From contig JAMFSS010000006.1 in NCBI GenBank assembly GCA_026225415.1, forward strand, positions 1-64,000: 64,000 bases of DNA. The letters run 5' to 3'. Within the stretch, counting starts at the first letter, position 1. The number at the start of each line of letters is the position of its first letter. This DNA comes from Alphaproteobacteria bacterium (lineage in GTDB: Bacteria > Pseudomonadota > Alphaproteobacteria > UBA9219). The notes below the pieces were generated by a model, which saw only the letters and a list, made by a program, of their open reading frames with translations, did not search any database and was not told the DNA's origin. The translations under genes and the position numbers were made by a program. Positions 58,763 through 64,000 of the stretch are shown here, in pieces.

Positions 58763-60304
58763 GTGAAAACCTATTATATCACCACGCCCATCTATTATGT
58801 AAACGACGTCCCGCATATCGGCCATGCCTACACGTCGCTCGCTTGCGATGTTATGGCGCGGTTTAAACGTCTGGATGGTTACAATGTCATGTTTTTGTCG
58901 GGCACCGATGAACATGGCCAGAAAATCGCCAAAGCGGCAGAAAAAGCCGGTATCGACCCGCAAGCCTTCACTGACAAGGTTTCACAGAATTTCCGCATAT
59001 TGCTGAAAAACATCAATATCTCGAATGACGATTTCATCCGTACCACAGAAGAACGACATAAAAAGGCCTGTCAGGCTTTGTGGAATGAGTTGTTAAAACG
59101 CGGCGAAATCTATCTGGGCAAATATGCCGGTTGGTATGCGATGCGCGACGAAGCTTATTACACCGAAGATGAATTGAAAGACGTCGACGGCAAAAAAATC
59201 GCGCCCAGCGGCGCAGAATGCGAATGGGTGGAAGAACCCAGTTATTTCTTCAAATTATCAGCCTGGGGCGATCGCCTTCTGAAATTCTACGAAGAAAATC
59301 CCGATTTCATCCTGCCGATTTCGCGCCGCAACGAAGTGATAAGCTTTGTCAAATCCGGCATGCGCGATCTATCCGTGTCGCGTACCGCCATCACATGGGG
59401 CGTGCCTGTGCCCGATGAGCCCAAACATGTGATGTATGTGTGGCTGGATGCTCTTACCAACTATCTGACCGCCATCGGGTATCCCGACACCAATGCCGAC
59501 ACGTTCAAAAAATTCTGGCCAGCGGATGTCCACATGGTCGGCAAAGACATTCTGCGTTTCCATGCTGTCTATTGGCCGGCCTTTTTAATGGCGGCCGGAT
59601 TGCCCGCGCCGAAACGCGTTTTCGCGCATGGCTGGTGGACGAATGAAGGACAGAAGATTTCCAAATCACTAGGAAATGTCATCGATCCCGTTGAATTGCT
59701 GGCCACCTATGGGCTGGATCAAACCCGTTATTTCCTGATGCGCGAAGTGCCGTTCGGCAATGACGGCGATTTTGCGCGTGAAGCGATGATCCGCCGCATC
59801 AACAGCGATCTGGCAAACGGCATTGGTAATCTGGCGCAACGCAGCCTGTCGCAAATCGCGAAAAATTGCGGCGGTTTGGTGCCAACACCGAAAGAGTACA
59901 CGGACAAAGACAAGGCGTTGCTGCAAAGCGCCGAAAACCTGTTGCCGCACTTGCGCAGCCTGTTCGATGTGCAGTCTTTCAGCAAAGCGCTTGATGCCAT
60001 TTGGGGCGTGATTGCCGAAGCCGACCGTTATGTCGATGAACAGGCGCCGTGGGCCTTAAAGAAAACCGATATCGCGCGTATGGAAACGGTTTTGTATGTG
60101 CTGGCGGAAACTTTACGCCATTTGGGCATTGTGTTGCAGCCCTTTATGCCCGATGCGTCCAACGCCTTGCTGGATCAGCTTGCGGTTCCCGCAGATGCCC
60201 GCAGCTTTGCGCATTTAAACGCAGCAAACGCCCTTACACCCGGCAGACCGCTGCCCGCGCCGCAAGGCATTTTTCCGCGCTATATCGAAGCGGCAAAACC
60301 CTAA
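58763..60304 (+). CDS. metG: methionine--tRNA ligase
   Basis: PIYYVNDVPHIGHAYTSL is the HIGH motif and KISKS the KMSKS motif. This is the short MetRS form. Confidence 0.95.
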   Translation: MKTYYITTPIYYVNDVPHIGHAYTSLACDVMARFKRLDGYNVMFLSGTDEHGQKIAKAAEKAGIDPQAFTDKVSQNFRILLKNINISNDDFIRTTEERHKKACQALWNELLKRGEIYLGKYAGWYAMRDEAYYTEDELKDVDGKKIAPSGAECEWVEEPSYFFKLSAWGDRLLKFYEENPDFILPISRRNEVISFVKSGMRDLSVSRTAITWGVPVPDEPKHVMYVWLDALTNYLTAIGYPDTNADTFKKFWPADVHMVGKDILRFHAVYWPAFLMAAGLPAPKRVFAHGWWTNEGQKISKSLGNVIDPVELLATYGLDQTRYFLMREVPFGNDGDFAREAMIRRINSDLANGIGNLAQRSLSQIAKNCGGLVPTPKEYTDKDKALLQSAENLLPHLRSLFDVQSFSKALDAIWGVIAEADRYVDEQAPWALKKTDIARMETVLYVLAETLRHLGIVLQPFMPDASNALLDQLAVPADARSFAHLNAANALTPGRPLPAPQGIFPRYIEAAKP

Positions 60305-60310
60305 GAAAAA

Positions 60311-60336
60311 CCCCTCTCCAACTTGTTGGAGAGGGG
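60311..60336. terminator. bidirectional terminator hairpin between metG and the PPIase gene
   Basis: cccctctccaacttgttggagagggg. A T-run follows on the minus strand, for the PPIase gene. Confidence 0.55.
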
Positions 60337-60388
60337 CGGCATCACATTCTCAGAAGAAACGATATTCAATGGGGTGAGGCTTAAACCC

Positions 60389-60943
60389 TTACTTCACATC
60401 CGCCGCAACCTGCATCTTCACAATCTTGGTCGGATCGGACACCGCACCATTGTTCGATGAAGAACCGGCCTTGATCTTGTCGACGAATTCCATACCAGAC
60501 ATCACCTCGCCCCAGATGGTGTATTGCCCATCAAGGAAAGGAGCAGGCGCAAAACAGATAAAAAACTGGCTGTCGCCGCTGTCGGGACTTGCGGCCCGCG
60601 CCATCGATACGGTGCCGCGCACATGATGAGCATCCGAAAATTCAGCCTTCAACTTCTTGCCCGAACCGCCGGTGCCGTCGCCGCGCGGGTCGCCGGTTTG
60701 CGCCATAAAGCCCGGAATAACGCGATGGAACGAAAGGCCGTTGTAAAAACCTTCGCGGGTCAATTCTTTGATGCGCGCAACATGACCGGGCGCCAGATCG
60801 GGGCGCAGTTTGATCACCACGCGGCCATCAGGCAAATCAAGATAAAGGGTGTTTTCCAGATCAGACGTAGCGGCGGCGGTCATGGGAGCGGCTCCAATCA
60901 AAAGGGTGAGAAGGATGGCGAATATGCGGGCAAAACGAGGCAT
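60389..60943 (-). CDS. ppiA: peptidyl-prolyl cis-trans isomerase, cyclophilin type, periplasmic
   Basis: A signal peptide, then GFYNGLSFHRVIPGFMAQTGDP...GTVSMARA. Confidence 0.9.
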   Translation of the reverse strand: MPRFARIFAILLTLLIGAAPMTAAATSDLENTLYLDLPDGRVVIKLRPDLAPGHVARIKELTREGFYNGLSFHRVIPGFMAQTGDPRGDGTGGSGKKLKAEFSDAHHVRGTVSMARAASPDSGDSQFFICFAPAPFLDGQYTIWGEVMSGMEFVDKIKAGSSSNNGAVSDPTKIVKMQVAADVK

Positions 60944-60969
60944 GGAAACACCAAGAGGCTAGGAGTTAG

Positions 60970-61105
60970 AAGAAGGGATTAGGGAAAGATAGGGGAATTA
61001 GAGAAGGAGGGAAAGAGTAAGATTCACGAATCCCTTTCTTCTTTTCTCTCTACACACTAATCTTCCCCTAATCTTCCCCTAATCTTCCCCTAATCTTCCC
61101 CTAAT
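60970..61105. repeat. imperfect palindrome: an AG-rich arm and a CT-rich arm containing 4.5 copies of the 11-bp tandem repeat ctaatcttccc (61047-61101)
   Basis: gggattagggaaagataggggaattagagaaggagggaaag ... ctaatcttcccctaatcttcccctaatcttcccctaatcttcccctaatccctacc. It lies in the divergent promoter region between the PPIase gene and gmhB. Confidence 0.6.
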
Positions 61106-61113
61106 CCCTACCT

Positions 61114-61656
61114 ATGAACAAAAACCGCGCCCTTCTTCTTGACCGCGATGGCGTCATAAATCGCGATAAAGCCTATGTCTGGCACATTGCCGATTTTGAA
61201 TTTATGCCCGGCCTCTTTCCTTTTTTGCGGAATGTACGCGATGGCGGGTTTCGCGTTGCCATAGTGACCAACCAGTCAGGTGTGGCGCGTGGTTTCTATA
61301 CCGAGCAGGATTTTGAAAACCTGACCGCACACATGTTATCGGAATTACGGCGCGAAGGGATTGAGATCGAGCTGACCCTTGCCTGTTTTCATCATCCCGA
61401 AGGGGTTGATGCCGCCTACAAACGCGAAAGTTTCTGGCGTAAGCCGAACCCCGGCATGGTGATGGAAGCCGCGCGGCGGATGGATTTGAATGTGGACACA
61501 TCGGCCTTTCTGGGCGATTCCTTGCGCGATCTGGAGGCGGCACAGGCAGGCGGGATCGGCAAATGTTTGTGGATGACATCCCCCGACACCACACCGCCGA
61601 CAGGCATGACGGTGGTTAGAAATTTTGATCAAGCGTTGGCGGGTCTGTTTGCCTAA
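61114..61656 (+). CDS. gmhB: D-glycero-beta-D-manno-heptose-1,7-bisphosphate 7-phosphatase
   Basis: LLLDRDGVIN (HAD motif I), VAIVTNQSGVARG and GDSLRD. Confidence 0.85.
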   Translation: MNKNRALLLDRDGVINRDKAYVWHIADFEFMPGLFPFLRNVRDGGFRVAIVTNQSGVARGFYTEQDFENLTAHMLSELRREGIEIELTLACFHHPEGVDAAYKRESFWRKPNPGMVMEAARRMDLNVDTSAFLGDSLRDLEAAQAGGIGKCLWMTSPDTTPPTGMTVVRNFDQALAGLFA

Positions 61657-64000
61657 AGGTGGAGGGAAATTGCTGGCTGCCGGTTGAATCGGTATGGATG
61701 CCACCAAGATTCTTCAGGAAGAAATGGAAACTGACCGATGTGCCGGAACTGATATCGACGCGATCCGTATCATCATGACTCAAATTAATGCCCGCGCCGA
61801 AACATTCATCGACATAACTGAGGCTTATCCCGTCGCTGCGCGGCCCGGGTTGCGGTTCGAAAGATTGAACATGGCTTCCGCTGAGCGTCCAGTATTTCTT
61901 GAAGGTCGAAGATAGGCTTATCGTCATCTGCTGCACTTCGCCGACAAAACTACTGGTTGTGGTCGTCGTGTTATTATCTTCATAGGCTTCGATATAATTG
62001 ATCGTCGGTTTGAAAAGAGGCGTCCCGAAACTAAGCGTCGCGTCTTGCTGTTGGGGCGAAAAATCCTGTTCCGACAGACGGAAACCGTAATTGGCGGTAA
62101 TCCAGGAAACCGGCACAAAATCAATGCGCCCGACATAATCGGACGCACGCGTCGTCAACCCTGATTGCGCGGGAAATTGGTTATCGGTCGTGAAATTATA
62201 GCTTTCACCACCAAACACATCGACGCGCGAGCCGGAATCCATGGCAAAACTGTTGCGCAACCCATAAGTGGCGCGGCTACCGCCTTCGATCAAATCGCTG
62301 CCCGTGAAACGGTTGGGTGAAAAGAGATTGGTTTCGTCAAATTCGACATCCAAACTATCTTCGATGGGTTGTTCGGTAATCTGCCGGACTTTGGGCGCCG
62401 CCGTTATAGCGACAATCGGTTCGACCAGCTGTTGATAGCCATCGCCAACAAAACTTCCACTGCGCCCCATCGGATAGCGCATCACGATATTGGCCTGTTC
62501 GAACTGACGGGTAAAATTGGCATTGTTATAAACTTGCCCGTTTTCCGCCGATACGACATTATTGGCCAAATAACTGTCGGTGCGAAACAAACCGGAAACC
62601 GTGGTGACCAGACCGGTTTGTGAAATAAGTTGTCGCTCCCAGCCTTCATTCAAAGACAGACGCCGTGTATCCGGCCCCTGTTGCGCGATGGGTTGGCCGG
62701 AATTATCGCGCTGTGTTACCAAAGTATTGCCATCCAGAGACCACCGCCCGCCCAGCGTGCTGCCAGGATCGCCAAGCGCGCTGAAAGTCGCGGATGGAAG
62801 AACCAACGGTTCAACCACATCGGTGCCCGGACGCAAATCCTGGAAATAATAGGAATTCACCGCCAGATAATCTCGGTTTTTGAAACCTTCGAGATAGGCA
62901 CGGGTCGTTGTCTGATCGAGCGACGAAATCTGATAACGGTCAAGATAGCTTTTATCCGACACATATTGCACATCGCTGCCGATACGCCAGATAGGATCAA
63001 GCCCGTCGATAAAGGTACCGAATAAATGGCCGCGCCATTGCTTGCCTTCATCATAGCCCGTATCATTGACCAGATCGGCATAGGTGGTCGACCCTTCGAG
63101 CTGTAATTTACCGTGATCGAAACGCTGGCGATATTGGGTATCCAGCTGCGCTATATCCGTCGTGCTGAAAGTCGGCGTTATCGTCATATCCTTATCGGGC
63201 GCGATATCGACATAGTATGGCGTCTTTATATAAGTGCCGATGCGCGACGTGACGCCGGGCTCGGGTGCCAGAAAACCTTGCAACCGTTTCACAGTCGGGT
63301 CGGGTCCCGACAAATAAGGCGTATAGGCGATAGGCACGCCGGCAAAATCGATTGTCGTATCATGATAATAAAGTTCGTGTTCGGTATTATCATGCGTGAT
63401 GGTTTGCGCATCCAGCTGCCACAAAGGTTCTTGTTCGGGATGGTCGCGGCAAATATTACAAGCGGTATAAGCAGCCTTGTTAGCCACCGTATAACGTTCG
63501 TCATAGCGTTCGGCAGTACGTGACGCCATGCGCGAATTATCGGGAAACAGAATACCGACATTGGCGACAAAAGCCTGTTTCATATCACCGGTGATTTCCT
63601 GATGATCGGCGAATTGAACTTCGCCCGAAGGGGTCAGCATCGCCACATGGCCATCGGCGATCATAACGCCAGTCGTCTGGTTATAAATTACCTTATCTGC
63701 ATGCAGAACATAATCGCCGCGCACAATTTCGACTTTGCCGGTGGCAGTCACCAGATTATTGGCGCTGTCGGAATGCATTTGTTGCGCCGTGATAAAAGTT
63801 TCGCCCGGATGCTCTTTCTTTTCTTCGGCGGCGGCCTGAATACCAGGCGGCGGCGATGTTTGCGCGCCCTGCGGCACTTCGCCCACATAACCGATAGGTA
63901 ACGGCGCGATGGCTGGCATGGAAACAGGGGCGGGCATTTGCGACACATCGCCCACATATCCTATCGGCGGCGCGGCATAGGCGGGGCACGCGAAAAACAG
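61616..64000 (-). CDS. lptD: LPS-assembly protein LptD (5' end beyond the window)
   Basis: The OstA N-terminal domain (LHADKVIYNQTTGVMIADGHVAMLTPSGEVQFADHQEI) plus a large beta-barrel. The reading frame stays open upstream of the listed start (...LFFACPAYAAPPIGYVG...), so the true start and signal peptide lie past position 64000. Confidence 0.8.
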   Translation of the reverse strand: MFFACPAYAAPPIGYVGDVSQMPAPVSMPAIAPLPIGYVGEVPQGAQTSPPPGIQAAAEEKKEHPGETFITAQQMHSDSANNLVTATGKVEIVRGDYVLHADKVIYNQTTGVMIADGHVAMLTPSGEVQFADHQEITGDMKQAFVANVGILFPDNSRMASRTAERYDERYTVANKAAYTACNICRDHPEQEPLWQLDAQTITHDNTEHELYYHDTTIDFAGVPIAYTPYLSGPDPTVKRLQGFLAPEPGVTSRIGTYIKTPYYVDIAPDKDMTITPTFSTTDIAQLDTQYRQRFDHGKLQLEGSTTYADLVNDTGYDEGKQWRGHLFGTFIDGLDPIWRIGSDVQYVSDKSYLDRYQISSLDQTTTRAYLEGFKNRDYLAVNSYYFQDLRPGTDVVEPLVLPSATFSALGDPGSTLGGRWSLDGNTLVTQRDNSGQPIAQQGPDTRRLSLNEGWERQLISQTGLVTTVSGLFRTDSYLANNVVSAENGQVYNNANFTRQFEQANIVMRYPMGRSGSFVGDGYQQLVEPIVAITAAPKVRQITEQPIEDSLDVEFDETNLFSPNRFTGSDLIEGGSRATYGLRNSFAMDSGSRVDVFGGESYNFTTDNQFPAQSGLTTRASDYVGRIDFVPVSWITANYGFRLSEQDFSPQQQDATLSFGTPLFKPTINYIEAYEDNNTTTTTSSFVGEVQQMTISLSSTFKKYWTLSGSHVQSFEPQPGPRSDGISLSYVDECFGAGINLSHDDTDRVDISSGTSVSFHFFLKNLGGIHTDSTGSQQFPSTFRQTDPPTLDQNF

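Noticed and set aside
1-64000. Search for tRNA, rRNA and CRISPR arrays
   Set aside because: No T-loop-like GGTTCGAATCC-type motifs occur in intergenic regions. There are no rRNA-like segments. There are no regularly spaced direct repeats apart from the 11-bp promoter tandem repeat at 61047-61101, which lacks spacers.

Overview
This 64 kb window looks like part of an alphaproteobacterial chromosome at roughly 55% GC. It is densely coding, mostly housekeeping genes, with a few AT-rich islets. The flagellar genes follow a Caulobacter-like layout: flgI-cheL-flbY-fliK-flgD on the minus strand, with fliX diverging from flgI. I see no rRNA, tRNA or CRISPR array.

Firm calls:
- Nucleotide metabolism, DNA replication and repair: purA, dnaE, dnaQ, ssb and uvrA (divergent), nfi, and a frameshifted phoH.
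- Envelope and LPS: kpsF/kdsD, lpxD with an adjacent acyl carrier protein, a GT9 heptosyltransferase, a GT25 glycosyltransferase, kdsA, gmhB and lptD (5' end runs off the window).
- Phospholipid synthesis: psd-pssA in an operon with kdsA, and cdsA-dxr-aroB in a second operon.
- Cytochrome c maturation ccmABC, hemF, a GST, a class II fructose-bisphosphate aldolase, nfuA, tsaB, metG, a cyclophilin PPIase, dnaJ, and ribosomal proteins L28 and L36 (L36 is missing from the ORF track).
- A flagellar class III operon flgI-cheL-flbY-fliK-flgD with a sigma54-type promoter and divergent fliX.

Most interesting observations:
- Two loci each encode a protein with a C-terminal phage tail-fibre-type intramolecular chaperone / peptidase S74 domain, next to a small secreted Cys-rich protein. 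One of the two carries a canonical type IV prepilin N-terminus.
- A large membrane protein carries about 9 DnaJ-type CxxCxGxG zinc-finger repeats.
- A stand-alone ClpA/B D1-type AAA+ ATPase is translationally coupled to aroB.
- A HAD-like gene is coupled to kdsA.
- A roughly 150-bp nested palindromic MITE-like element, and polypurine/polypyrimidine elements with an 11-bp tandem repeat in a promoter region.
- AT-rich islets carry an SPFH-like protein and unknown ORFs.
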